The notes under the pieces: generated by a model
What the model was told of the DNA's origin: nothing
What the model saw: the letters and a program-made list of their open reading frames with translations, nothing else
The model's database searches: none
Position numbers and translations under genes: made by a program
Assembly: GCA_902594705.1 (NCBI GenBank)
Contig: CACJNI010000006.1
Location: 4,781-68,780 of the forward strand
From: an uncultured Pelagibacteraceae bacterium
GTDB taxonomy: Bacteria; Pseudomonadota; Alphaproteobacteria; Pelagibacterales; Pelagibacteraceae
Reading direction: 5' to 3'
Length of the DNA: 64,000 nt
Shown: positions 29,705 to 38,588 of the stretch, one piece after another
Position numbering within the stretch: position 1 is the first letter of the stretch
How the letters are laid out: every line of letters begins with the position of its first letter

Positions 29705-30025
29705 TTATTTTGGCATTGGCGTTGCGCCAGTTTCTAAACTAATCATTTTGCCATCTTTGTATTTGTAGACTGCCATAACTGCTTCTACATTACCATCATC
29801 AAATGTTACGAACGCATGGTGAACACCAACTTCATCATTTTCATAAACAATTCTAGTTTTATCTTGCTTAATGTCACCACTCATTGCCCATTTGATAACA
29901 TCACTTTTAGTTAAAACACTCCCTGATTTATGCATTGTGAATTTAAAATCATCATGCAAAAGTTCATTCATTGCTGCTTCATCTTTATTTTTAATTGCAG
30001 CACTATATTTTTCTAATATTGACAT
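29705..30025 (-). CDS. Small NTF2-like (SnoaL/DUF4440-like) protein, 106 aa
   Basis: N-terminal helix pattern EKYSAAIKNKDEAAMNELLHDDFKF followed by beta-rich sequence, typical of alpha+beta cone proteins. Stop-to-start junction with the downstream gene is 0 nt. Confidence 0.5.
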   Translation of the reverse strand: MSILEKYSAAIKNKDEAAMNELLHDDFKFTMHKSGSVLTKSDVIKWAMSGDIKQDKTRIVYENDEVGVHHAFVTFDDGNVEAVMAVYKYKDGKMISLETGATPMPK

Positions 30026-30036
30026 TTTTTTCTCCT

Positions 30037-30327
30037 TTATGCTCCTTTAATTATTAATGTATTTGATACTGTATTATCTAATCTAATTTGTCTGATAGGT
30101 TTATATATTTCTGAATTGTACCACTCAAAAACTTTTTCATAAGATGGGAATTTAATTACAACAGTTCTTGGATATTTCCACTCACCTTCTATGACTTCAT
30201 TTTCGCCACCTCTTATTATGTACTCGCCGCCAAACATTTGAGCAGTTGGAGGAGCTTTTTCCAAATACTCTTTGTAATTTTCAGGATTTAACACATTAAT
30301 ATTTAATATGATATATCCTGAAGGCAT
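30037..30327 (-). CDS. DUF1330-domain protein (dimeric alpha/beta-barrel fold), 96 aa
   Basis: YIILNINVLNPENYKEYLEKAPPTAQMFGGEYIIRGG...VVIKFPSYEKVFEWYNSEIYKPIRQIR matches my memory of the DUF1330 pattern. Confidence 0.7.
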   Translation of the reverse strand: MPSGYIILNINVLNPENYKEYLEKAPPTAQMFGGEYIIRGGENEVIEGEWKYPRTVVIKFPSYEKVFEWYNSEIYKPIRQIRLDNTVSNTLIIKGA

Positions 30328-30350
30328 TACAAACCTTATTACAAAAATTA

Positions 30351-30641
30351 TTACATATCTACTTTATTTAATTCGTAGACACTGTAACTTTCCATAACTT
30401 CTTTCATAACTGGAGCTGATACTGGATTGCTTCCATCTATAAAAGCTTTAAGAGCAGCTTTATCGGTCACAAAAATTTTAAACATTACTGTTTTTTTGTC
30501 AGGTGCAACTGTTCCAATTGTTTTTGATACATTTGCAACTTTCGATCTTTCTGCCATACCAGCATCTGATTGCATAAAGCCCATAAATTTTTCTAACATA
30601 CCTTCTTTTAAATGAGCTACTACTAGTGTTTCTGTTTCCAT
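30351..30641 (-). CDS. Hypothetical small protein, 96 aa (ferredoxin-like alpha/beta pattern; family not identified)
   Basis: ORF fills the gap between neighbours on the same strand. Weak similarity to the next gene (APDKKTVMFKIF..KAALKAF versus EDPTKFTVIVKY..EGFEAF). Confidence 0.55.
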   Translation of the reverse strand: METETLVVAHLKEGMLEKFMGFMQSDAGMAERSKVANVSKTIGTVAPDKKTVMFKIFVTDKAALKAFIDGSNPVSAPVMKEVMESYSVYELNKVDM

Positions 30642-30668
30642 ATTTTATCCTTTCTTTATATTGATTGT

Positions 30669-30959
30669 TTATCCACTAAAATTTTCCATAAAATCTTCAT
30701 GCATCGGTGTAACCTTTGCTGAATCTAAATCCACGCCTGCTTCAGCTCTTGCTGCATGAAGTTCTTTGTCATTTTTAAATGCTTCAAAACCTTCCATGGT
30801 TGCATACTTAACGATTACAGTAAATTTTGTAGGGTCTTCTTTTGATACACCTGCAAAAATAATCGTAGCACCAAATCCTTTAATTTTTTCAGCATTCGCC
30901 TTTACCATATTCATCCAAGATGAAAATGATTTTATATTTTCTTCTATTTTTATGATCAT
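30669..30959 (-). CDS. Hypothetical small protein, 96 aa (ferredoxin-like alpha/beta pattern; family not identified)
   Basis: Same length as 30351-30641 and weakly similar to it. Co-directional with a tight spacer. Confidence 0.55.
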   Translation of the reverse strand: MIIKIEENIKSFSSWMNMVKANAEKIKGFGATIIFAGVSKEDPTKFTVIVKYATMEGFEAFKNDKELHAARAEAGVDLDSAKVTPMHEDFMENFSG

Positions 30960-30972
30960 TTCTTTTTCCTTT

Positions 30973-31371
30973 TTATTTTATTGGTGTCATAATTTTCTGT
31001 CCTTCGACACCAATTGCAACTACAATCGCTTTAACTGGAACATTTCCAATATTTTTCGACTCGTGTACAATTCCAACATCTTCAACAAATGCATCACCAG
31101 CTTTGAATACTTGGGTTTTTCCTTCATGAATTAATTCAATTTCACCTTGCTGAATCATAATTAGAACTGGAAATGAGTGCGTATGAGGAGTTACTGGAGC
31201 TCCTACAGGTACAGTAAATTCAAAAGCTGTTATTTTTGCTTTTCCTGTAGGGTATACAATATCATTTCCCATTCCTGTTTGACTTGTTGATAAAATTCTC
31301 TTTACATGGCTATCTGCGTAAACATTAGCTGTAAATAAACTTAAAATTAATACTAAAATTGTTTTTTTCAT
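30973..31371 (-). CDS. Secreted single-domain cupin protein, 132 aa
   Basis: Signal peptide MKKTILVLILSLFTANVYA. Cupin motif 1 PHTHSFP...GE and motif 2 GDAFVEDVGIVHESKNIG (H-x3-N). Confidence 0.75.
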   Translation of the reverse strand: MKKTILVLILSLFTANVYADSHVKRILSTSQTGMGNDIVYPTGKAKITAFEFTVPVGAPVTPHTHSFPVLIMIQQGEIELIHEGKTQVFKAGDAFVEDVGIVHESKNIGNVPVKAIVVAIGVEGQKIMTPIK

Positions 31372-31384
31372 TTTTTTCTTTCAG

Positions 31385-31852
31385 TTAGTTCAAATTATAA
31401 GTACCAACGATTTGATTGTAAGATTGTACAACTCCATCTTTAGCTGAATCAATTTGCGCATAAGATGTTGTTCCACCTCCAGAAATATTCTCATATTTCC
31501 CTGTTCCACTTACAAACTTCCATCTTAATATTTTTCCCATTACGCCTTCGTAATGTGTTGTTGTAGTACTACCATCTTCAAATTTGTTTATACAAACGCC
31601 TGTCTCAAAACCTTTTCCTTTAAGTCCAACAATTGATCCAACACAATATGATGAAGATCTGTCACCAAAAGTTGTTCCCTCAATGGCTTTATTACCAATA
31701 GTTCCTTCATATATTATCGAAAAATTGCCTTTATCATCACCTATAACTTTAGAAGTGCCAGAGAAAAAACCAGTTTGTTTAATTTGTCCTTGCTCAGCAA
31801 AAGCTGTGCTCGACATAAATATGATAATTAAAAAAAAATATAATTTTTTCAT
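31385..31852 (-). CDS. Secreted beta-rich hypothetical protein, 155 aa (possible allene-oxide-cyclase/dirigent-like barrel)
   Basis: Signal peptide MKKLYFFLIIIFMSSTAFA, two Cys, Gly/Thr-rich beta pattern. The FVSGTGKYENISGGG motif resembles the (T/S)GGTGxFxGxxG motif of AOC-barrel-like proteins; this is from memory only. Confidence 0.5.
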   Translation of the reverse strand: MKKLYFFLIIIFMSSTAFAEQGQIKQTGFFSGTSKVIGDDKGNFSIIYEGTIGNKAIEGTTFGDRSSSYCVGSIVGLKGKGFETGVCINKFEDGSTTTTHYEGVMGKILRWKFVSGTGKYENISGGGTTSYAQIDSAKDGVVQSYNQIVGTYNLN

Positions 31853-31858
31853 AAACTA

Positions 31859-32233
31859 TTACTTTTTCATTGCATTGAACATGCTCAATGTGTCGTCAAA
31901 CGCAATAAACAATGTCAGTTTACCATCATCGCTTACTTCAAAATAATGACCAAAAATAGTATCCATGCCATCTGCCTTAGCAATTGCTTTAACAAACACT
32001 TTATTCCCCTCACTTATCATCATATCAGGGGTTACTGAAAAATTACTCCATAGATCTGGAACTTGCATCATGGTTTTCATATATGCTTCTTTGCCTTTAT
32101 GAGTTCCTGACATTGGATGCTTATCTCCAGGATAAATCCAAGTGATATCATCATGTACCATTTCCATAAATCCCTCCATATCTCCTTTGCCAAAAAGTTC
32201 ATATCCTTTTTTTACTACTTCTTTTGCGTTCAT
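31859..32233 (-). CDS. SnoaL-like / ketosteroid-isomerase-like NTF2-fold protein, 124 aa
   Basis: KEVVKKGYELFGKGDMEGFMEMVHDDITW... start, typical of SnoaL_2-type proteins. Confidence 0.65.
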   Translation of the reverse strand: MNAKEVVKKGYELFGKGDMEGFMEMVHDDITWIYPGDKHPMSGTHKGKEAYMKTMMQVPDLWSNFSVTPDMMISEGNKVFVKAIAKADGMDTIFGHYFEVSDDGKLTLFIAFDDTLSMFNAMKK

Positions 32234-32281
32234 AAAATTCCTTTAATTATTAGATAATTATTATTCATTCTAAATTAAAAA

Positions 32282-32299
32282 TGTAATGGTTTTATTACA
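32282..32299 (-). terminator. Weak AT-rich hairpin plus T-run after cysK (possible leaky terminator)
   Basis: Minus strand reads TGTAAT-AAAACC-ATTACA followed by TTTTTAATTT. The stem is only 6 bp and all A/T/G-T. Confidence 0.3.
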
Positions 32300-32315
32300 G
32301 TGCTGGTATGCGTGA

Positions 32316-33317
32316 TTATATCCAGTCGGGATAAGGCAAACCTTTTTCAATTAAAAAAGGTTTATTAAACATCTTTGAGTTGTATCTGTCTGATTTGTCG
32401 CAAAGAATAGTGACAATAGTTTTACCTGGTCCTAATTTTTTCCCTAATCTAATTGCACCTGCAATATTTACTCCACAACTTGTTCCAAGACTTAAACCTT
32501 CATTTTTGATTAAATCATATAGTATTGGCAAAGATTCTTTATCTTCAATTGAAAAAGCTCCATCTATTTTTGCTTCTGCAAAATTAGCAGTTACTCTGCT
32601 GGATCCAATGCCCTCAGTTATTGATCCACCTTCAGCTTTTAACTCGCCGTTTTCAATGTGATTGTAAAGAGATGATCCCTTTGGATCTGATAGATAAATT
32701 TTTATATCTTTATTTTTTTCTTTTAAAAAACTACTTACTCCACCAATAGTTCCACCAGTTCCAGAAGAACATACAAATCCATCAACTTTTCCCTCCGTTT
32801 GCTCCCATATCTCAGGACCCGTTGTATGGTAGTGACCTTTAGAGTTTGCGGTATTATCAAATTGGTTAGCCCAAACAACTCCGTGATTATTTGAACTTTT
32901 TAGCTCTTCAGCCATTCTGGCAGCAACCTTAACAAAGTTATTTTCATCTTTATAAGGTTTTGGTGGAACTAATTTTAAATCTGCACCAATATTTCTTAAT
33001 GTATCTTTTTTTTCTTGAGTTTGATTATCATTCATTACAATAATCGTTTTATAACCAAGTGAATTTCCAATAAGGCATAAACCAATACCAGTGTTTCCTG
33101 CAGTTCCTTCTACAATTATTCCACCTTTAGATATTAATTTTTTTTGTTCAGCATCCCTTATTAAAGCAAGTGCTGCTCTGTCTTTTACAGATCCTCCTGG
33201 ATTTAAATATTCGGCTTTACCATAAATGTTACAGCCAGTTATTTCAGATGCAGCTTTTAGTTTTATTAAAGGAGTATTTCCAATTGATTGGATAAAATCA
33301 TCCTTGTAATTTTTCAT
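32316..33317 (-). CDS. cysK: Cysteine synthase / cystathionine-beta-synthase-family PLP enzyme (O-acetylserine sulfhydrylase-like)
   Basis: PLP-lysine motif NPGGSVKDR, GTAGNTGIG, SSGTGGTIGG. Translationally coupled (1-nt overlap) to cysE upstream. Confidence 0.8.
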   Translation of the reverse strand: MKNYKDDFIQSIGNTPLIKLKAASEITGCNIYGKAEYLNPGGSVKDRAALALIRDAEQKKLISKGGIIVEGTAGNTGIGLCLIGNSLGYKTIIVMNDNQTQEKKDTLRNIGADLKLVPPKPYKDENNFVKVAARMAEELKSSNNHGVVWANQFDNTANSKGHYHTTGPEIWEQTEGKVDGFVCSSGTGGTIGGVSSFLKEKNKDIKIYLSDPKGSSLYNHIENGELKAEGGSITEGIGSSRVTANFAEAKIDGAFSIEDKESLPILYDLIKNEGLSLGTSCGVNIAGAIRLGKKLGPGKTIVTILCDKSDRYNSKMFNKPFLIEKGLPYPDWI

Positions 33318-33892
33318 TATTCTTTTTCCTCATTACCATTTGTAACAGCATAAGGTTTAAATTCTTCAGTTGCTGTTCCAACATTCTTAGCAGGTATTCC
33401 TACCATAACAGCATTTTCAGGAACATTTTTTGTTACAACTGCATTAGCTCCAATTCTTGCATTTTTCCCTACAACTACAGGCCCCAAAATCTGTGCACCC
33501 GAACCAACGACTACATTATCATGAAGAGTAGGGTGTCTTTTAATTTCTCTTTGATCATTGGAATTTATGCTTGGAGATATTCCACCTAAAGTAACCATAT
33601 GATAAATTGTTACGTTATCTGCAATGTCAGAAGTTTCACCTATAACAACGCCCATACCGTGATCAATAAATAAATTTTTACCTATCTTAGCTCTTGGATG
33701 AATTTCAATACCAGTTAAAAATCTCGAAAATTGAGAAATTATTCTTGCGATAAGATCAAATTTTGCAGTAGCAAAAAAATTTGCAATTCTGTGAAAAAAT
33801 ACAGCCTTAACGCCAGGGTACGTTAATATTACACTTAACTTAGATCTTGCTGCTGGATCCCTATCAATAATTGATTGCAAATAGTCATTCAT
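33317..33892 (-). CDS. cysE: Serine O-acetyltransferase
   Basis: [29 protein letters not shown]-terminal SAT motif followed by left-handed beta-helix hexapeptide repeats (IGKN..IDHG.GVVIGE...). Confidence 0.85.
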   Translation of the reverse strand: MNDYLQSIIDRDPAARSKLSVILTYPGVKAVFFHRIANFFATAKFDLIARIISQFSRFLTGIEIHPRAKIGKNLFIDHGMGVVIGETSDIADNVTIYHMVTLGGISPSINSNDQREIKRHPTLHDNVVVGSGAQILGPVVVGKNARIGANAVVTKNVPENAVMVGIPAKNVGTATEEFKPYAVTNGNEEKE

Positions 33893-33929
33893 AGACTGCC
33901 TATATAGTTATTAATGTTGGAATTTAAAG

Positions 33930-34625
33930 TTAATTAATATTGTCTAAAGTAAGCCCTTTTACATTAGCAGGTACTGCGACATCCATCATTTTTGGATTTG
34001 CAAGATTTAGATTATTCATTATGTCCGCATATTCTTCCTTTGAGCTTACTTGTAATCTTGGATTATTATTTTTTTCATTTTCAATAGTGGAAAATTTCTT
34101 GCCATTATAATCATGAGCTGGAAATACGAGAGTTTTTTCGGGTAATTTTAATAATTTATTAAATATAGAATCATAAGCATCGTAAGCATTACCATTTTGA
34201 AAATCTGTTCTACCACTTCCATTTATTAAAAGTGTATCTCCAGTAAAAACTCTATCATTCATCAAAAAACTATAAGAGCAGTCAGTATGACCAGGAGTAT
34301 AAATTGCTTGAAGTTCAACTTCTTCAACTTTAATTTTTTCACCATCTTTAATTCTTAGATCTATCACTTCTGATTTAGATTTTTCTCCCATAACTCTTAT
34401 ACAGTTTGTTCTTTTGTTTAATTCATTTAATGCTGAGATGTGATCAGCATGAATGTGAGTATCAATTACTTTTACAAGTTTAAGATCTAAATTATTTAAT
34501 ATAGTTGAATACTCATCAGAATGTTCAATGACTGGATCAATTATTAATGCTTCTCTACCTTCACCACTTGCAATTATATAAGTGTATGTAGAAGATTTTT
34601 GATCGAAAAGTTGTTCAAATATCAT
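33930..34625 (-). CDS. Persulfide dioxygenase (ETHE1-type metallo-beta-lactamase-fold enzyme)
   Basis: DTHIHADH metal motif. The C-terminal half FPAHDYNGKKFSTIENEKNNNPRL...VAVPANV closely parallels human ETHE1 as I remember it ([24 protein letters not shown]...FAVPANM). Confidence 0.8.
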   Translation of the reverse strand: MIFEQLFDQKSSTYTYIIASGEGREALIIDPVIEHSDEYSTILNNLDLKLVKVIDTHIHADHISALNELNKRTNCIRVMGEKSKSEVIDLRIKDGEKIKVEEVELQAIYTPGHTDCSYSFLMNDRVFTGDTLLINGSGRTDFQNGNAYDAYDSIFNKLLKLPEKTLVFPAHDYNGKKFSTIENEKNNNPRLQVSSKEEYADIMNNLNLANPKMMDVAVPANVKGLTLDNIN

Positions 34626-34687
34626 AAATACTTAACTTTATAAAAGTTTGCTTAGTAAAACAATCTTTCATATAATATTTTTTTTAT

Positions 34688-34695
34688 AAGGAGGA
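34688..34695 (+). promoter_or_regulatory. Strong Shine-Dalgarno sequence of the peroxiredoxin gene
   Basis: AAGGAGGA ends 5 nt before the ATG at 34700. Among the best SD matches in the window. Confidence 0.6.
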
Positions 34696-34699
34696 GACA

Positions 34700-35359
34700 A
34701 TGTTAAAAATAAATAGTATGTGTCCTGATTTTCAAGCTAAAACAACTGAAGGAGATATTTCTTTTCACGAATGGTTAGGTGATAGTTGGGGAGTTATTTT
34801 TTCACACCCTAAAGATTTTACACCAGTTTGTACTACAGAACTTGGTGCTTTAGGATTAATGAAAGATGAATTCGATAAAAGAAATGTCAAAGTAATTGGT
34901 TTAAGCGTTGATGGGGTAGAGGATCATAAAAAATGGCTAGATGATATTAAAGATGTATCTGGTACAAAACCAAATTATCCAATTATTGCTGATGAAGATT
35001 TAAAAGTAGCAAAATTGTTTAATATGTTGGAAGCAGATGCTGGAACAACCTCAATGGGTAGAACTGCAGTTGATAATGAAACTGTAAGAACTATTTTTGT
35101 AATCAGACCTGATAAGAGAATTGGATTATATCTTACATATCCTATGGCAACTGGAAGAAACTTTTTAGAGATTTTGCGTGCAATAGACTCTATGCAGCTA
35201 ACAGCTAAACATAAAGTAGCTACTCCTGCTAATTGGAAAAAGGGAGAGGATGTTGTTATTTTGCCAGCGATTAAAGATGACGAAGCTAAAAAAATATATC
35301 CAGATGGATGGGAAACTGTAAAACCTTATCTAAGAAAGGTTCCAGATCCTTCTAAGTAA
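34700..35359 (+). CDS. 1-Cys peroxiredoxin (Prx6 subfamily)
   Basis: FSHPKDFTPVCTTE peroxidatic-Cys motif and no resolving-Cys motif. 219 aa. Confidence 0.9.
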   Translation: MLKINSMCPDFQAKTTEGDISFHEWLGDSWGVIFSHPKDFTPVCTTELGALGLMKDEFDKRNVKVIGLSVDGVEDHKKWLDDIKDVSGTKPNYPIIADEDLKVAKLFNMLEADAGTTSMGRTAVDNETVRTIFVIRPDKRIGLYLTYPMATGRNFLEILRAIDSMQLTAKHKVATPANWKKGEDVVILPAIKDDEAKKIYPDGWETVKPYLRKVPDPSK

Positions 35360-35360
35360 A

Positions 35361-36014
35361 TTGGATAAAAATATTTTAAACCGACAATCTCAGCATTGGG
35401 AAACTAATTTCTCAAATAAGCCTGAGATGTTTGGTTTAGAACCAAGTTTACCTGCAAAAAAAGCTTTAAATATTTTCAAAGAAAATAATTATTCTAAAAT
35501 TGTTGAGCTAGGAGCAGGTCTAGGAAGAGATAGCATTTACTTTGGAAAGAATTCGATAAATGTGACAGCATTAGACTATAGTGAAAATGGAATTAAAATT
35601 ATCAATGAAAAAATAAAAAAAGAAAATTTAACATCTTCAATTTCAACATTAAAATTTGACATAAGAGAAGACTTACCATTTGAAACTAATTCAGTTGACG
35701 CTTGTTATTCACATATGCTTTATTGCATGGCTTTAACCCAGAAAGATTTGGACAAACTTAATAGCGAGATTCATAGAATTTTAAAACCTGGAGGATTAAA
35801 TATTTACACAGTCAGAAATACTGATGATGGAGACTATAAAAAAGGAATTCATAGAGGAGAAGATCTATACGAAATAGATGGTTTTATTATTCATTTTTTT
35901 TCTAAAGATAAAATACTGAATTTAACAAATGGATTTAAAAACTTAAATATTGAGTATTTTGAAGAAGGATCATTTCCAAGAAAATTATATTTTATTTGTA
36001 ATAAAAAAAATTGA
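35361..36014 (+). CDS. Class I SAM-dependent methyltransferase
   Basis: Motif I VELGAGLGRD and post-I LDYS. The N-terminal HWE..F...PEMFG.EPS block is usual in this subgroup and needs the TTG start at 35361. Confidence 0.8.
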   Translation: MDKNILNRQSQHWETNFSNKPEMFGLEPSLPAKKALNIFKENNYSKIVELGAGLGRDSIYFGKNSINVTALDYSENGIKIINEKIKKENLTSSISTLKFDIREDLPFETNSVDACYSHMLYCMALTQKDLDKLNSEIHRILKPGGLNIYTVRNTDDGDYKKGIHRGEDLYEIDGFIIHFFSKDKILNLTNGFKNLNIEYFEEGSFPRKLYFICNKKN

Positions 36015-36016
36015 AT

Positions 36017-36718
36017 TTACTTTAAATTTTTGTATTTTTTCATGCAAACTTGAGCTAACAAAAGATTTGGGTCTATAAATAATTTTGAATCTTTTGCTTT
36101 TTTAAAAGATTTGTATGAAAAAATAGCTATTGGTAGTTCTGTACAACCAAGAATTATTTTTTTACATTTTTTTTTCATTAAAAATTTAACTGCTGGTCTT
36201 AAAGCTTTTTCAGCATCTTTTACTTTACCTTTTTTCACATATTTAATTGCAGTATTTACTGAACTCTTTTGTAACCTTTCACTCGGACTTATCAAATTAT
36301 AATTTTTTTCAAAATACTTATGGTAGATTTTTGTGTCTAAAGTAGCTTCAGTACATAATAATCCTATAGTTGAATTTTTCTTAAATTTTTTTTTTGTGTT
36401 TAAATATACCTCTTTTGGCATACTAAGAAATGGTACTGATATTTTTTTTTGAATATCTTCATGCCAGTAATGTGCTGTGTTGCAAGGCATTACAATAAAC
36501 TTGCACTTATTTTTTTCCAGCATTTGACAACCAGCAATTAATTCTTTTAAAACATTTTTGTATTGTTTTAAATTCTCTGCTCTTCGTGGTGTATTTGATT
36601 TATTATAGAGGACAAACATTGGGTATTTTTGATCTAATTTTCCTCTGTTTAATTTTGCAAGCTTATCACAAAAGTCTAAGCCCGCTTGAGTTCCCATACC
36701 TCCTAATATACCAATCAT
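36017..36718 (-). CDS. Aspartate/glutamate racemase family protein
   Basis: GILGGMG, MPCNTAH and LGCTELP, the two catalytic-Cys motifs. Confidence 0.85.
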   Translation of the reverse strand: MIGILGGMGTQAGLDFCDKLAKLNRGKLDQKYPMFVLYNKSNTPRRAENLKQYKNVLKELIAGCQMLEKNKCKFIVMPCNTAHYWHEDIQKKISVPFLSMPKEVYLNTKKKFKKNSTIGLLCTEATLDTKIYHKYFEKNYNLISPSERLQKSSVNTAIKYVKKGKVKDAEKALRPAVKFLMKKKCKKIILGCTELPIAIFSYKSFKKAKDSKLFIDPNLLLAQVCMKKYKNLK

Positions 36719-36801
36719 AATTTAAATAATATCTTCTATATTAAAATTCAAAACAACTATATAGATATTTAAATAACAGCAAAAATATATTGACGCTAAT
36801 T

Positions 36802-37971
36802 ATGAATAGAAATTTATCCTTACTTACGTTAAGTCAGATATTTGGTTTTACCACAGCAACAATAACAGTATTTCTCAGTGGAATTGTTGGTTCCCAAATT
36901 AGCTCAAATCAATCTTTATCAACTTTGCCAACTGCTTTATTTGTAGTTGGAACTGCAAGTTTTACTGTCTTAGCGGCAAATATTATGAGTAAAATTGGAA
37001 GAAGAAATGGTTTTGTCTTTGCGGCTATAGGAAGTTCATGTTCTGCACTACTTGCTGCTTTTGCAATAAGTCAGAAAAATTTTACTTTATTTTGTTTATC
37101 TTGCCTAATTCTTGGAATGGGAGCAGCATTTAATCATCAATATAGATTTGCAGCAGCTGAAAGTGTTGAAAAAGACAAAATACCAAAAGCAATTTCTACT
37201 CTTCTATTGGCAGGGATTGTGTCTGCATTTTTAGGCATAAGTCTTGCAAATTACACTAAAGATTTAATTCAAGATCAATTGTATGTTGGCTCTTATCTTT
37301 TGTTATCTTTCCTATCTTTCATGCCTGGAGTTTTTTTATTTTTTTTTAAAAATGTAGAAAATATTCAGGAGGATAGTCTAAAGGAAGGAAATATAAGAAA
37401 TCTAAAATCTATCGTATTACAACCAAGATTTTTACAAGCAATTACTGCGGCTGCTTTTGCTTATGCAGTAATGTCATTTTTAATGACAGCAACTCCTTTA
37501 AGTATGCATGTTATGGAAAATATGAGCTTAAAAGAAACTGGCTTAGTATTACAATTTCATGTGGTTGCAATGTTTTTACCTTCGCTAGTAACAGGTAATT
37601 TAATAAAAAAATATGGACACAGTACAATAATTTATGGTGGAGTTTTATTTTTTTTTATTACAGTTCTTTTAAGTTTATTTGAACAGACATATCTCAATTA
37701 TATGATCTCATTAATTTTTTTAGGTCTCGGTTGGAATTTTTTATTTATATCAGGCACTAGCTTAGTGGTTTTGACTTACAACAAAGAAGAAAAATTTAAA
37801 GTGCAAGGGATAAATGACTTAATTGTTTTTTCAACTATGGCTTTGGCCAGTTTATCTGCAGGAATTTTACTAAATTCTATTGGATGGAAAATGATGAATC
37901 TTATTTGCATACCTTTTTTAGTATTAATTATTTTAGTAAGTTTTATGGCTGATAAAAAATCAGTTTCTTAA
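36802..37971 (+). CDS. MFS transporter
   Basis: ~12 TM helices with a central loop at ~190-215 aa. ATG at 36802 chosen (track start 36790 is TTG). Confidence 0.75.
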   Translation: MNRNLSLLTLSQIFGFTTATITVFLSGIVGSQISSNQSLSTLPTALFVVGTASFTVLAANIMSKIGRRNGFVFAAIGSSCSALLAAFAISQKNFTLFCLSCLILGMGAAFNHQYRFAAAESVEKDKIPKAISTLLLAGIVSAFLGISLANYTKDLIQDQLYVGSYLLLSFLSFMPGVFLFFFKNVENIQEDSLKEGNIRNLKSIVLQPRFLQAITAAAFAYAVMSFLMTATPLSMHVMENMSLKETGLVLQFHVVAMFLPSLVTGNLIKKYGHSTIIYGGVLFFFITVLLSLFEQTYLNYMISLIFLGLGWNFLFISGTSLVVLTYNKEEKFKVQGINDLIVFSTMALASLSAGILLNSIGWKMMNLICIPFLVLIILVSFMADKKSVS

Positions 37972-37973
37972 AA

Positions 37974-38588
37974 ATGTCTTTTATTTTTTTTGGTTTTTTG
38001 ACGGGCTTAACATTAATTTTTGCAATAGGACCACAAAATGTTTTTGTAATAGAGCAAGGACTAAAGAAACAATATATATTTTTAGTTTGCTTGGTCTGTG
38101 CATTATCTGATTTGATTTTAATTTTCTTAGGTATTTTTTTATTTAATTATTTTTCTTATTATTTTAATAATGTAGTAGAGCTGATTTTAAATATCCTTTT
38201 AATTATTTTTTTATCTTTTTTTATTTATGGAAAAATTAAAGAAATATTTAAATTTAGATCTTTAGAATTTAAAAATAATGTCATAGCACAGAGCTCATTT
38301 AATATCTTTATTAAGACCTTAGGTTTTACATATTTAAATCCTCACGTATATTCTGATACAGTATTTTTTTTAGGAAATTTCTCAAAATCCTTTAATATTG
38401 AAAACAAAATTTACTTTGGAATAGGCGCTTCTATAGCTTCTTTTTTATTTTTCTTTTCTTTAGGATACTTATCTAAAATTTTTTCAAACAAATTAAATAA
38501 CAGAAGCTTTTGGAAATACATAAATATTTTTATTATAATATTTATGTCAGGTATAGTTTTTTACATCATTAAGGATATTATTTATTAA
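37974..38588 (+). CDS. LysE/ArgO-family amino-acid exporter
   Basis: N-terminal AIGPQNVFVIEQG motif characteristic of LysE/ArgO. 204 aa, 5-6 TM. Confidence 0.85.
   Translation: MSFIFFGFLTGLTLIFAIGPQNVFVIEQGLKKQYIFLVCLVCALSDLILIFLGIFLFNYFSYYFNNVVELILNILLIIFLSFFIYGKIKEIFKFRSLEFKNNVIAQSSFNIFIKTLGFTYLNPHVYSDTVFFLGNFSKSFNIENKIYFGIGASIASFLFFFSLGYLSKIFSNKLNNRSFWKYINIFIIIFMSGIVFYIIKDIIY

Noticed and set aside
30973-31371. Whether the 132-aa cupin could be a DddK-type DMSP lyase, a small cupin known from SAR11.
   Set aside because: This protein has a clear N-terminal signal peptide, and its sequence does not resemble DddK as I remember it. Cupin motifs alone are not diagnostic, so I cannot support the call.
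28448-32233. Reading the SnoaL-like, cupin and ferredoxin-like barrel genes as an aromatic-polyketide tailoring (cyclase/monooxygenase) cluster.
   Set aside because: The window has no ketosynthase, ACP, ketoreductase or any other core biosynthetic gene. The folds are generic, and the analogy is one of fold only.
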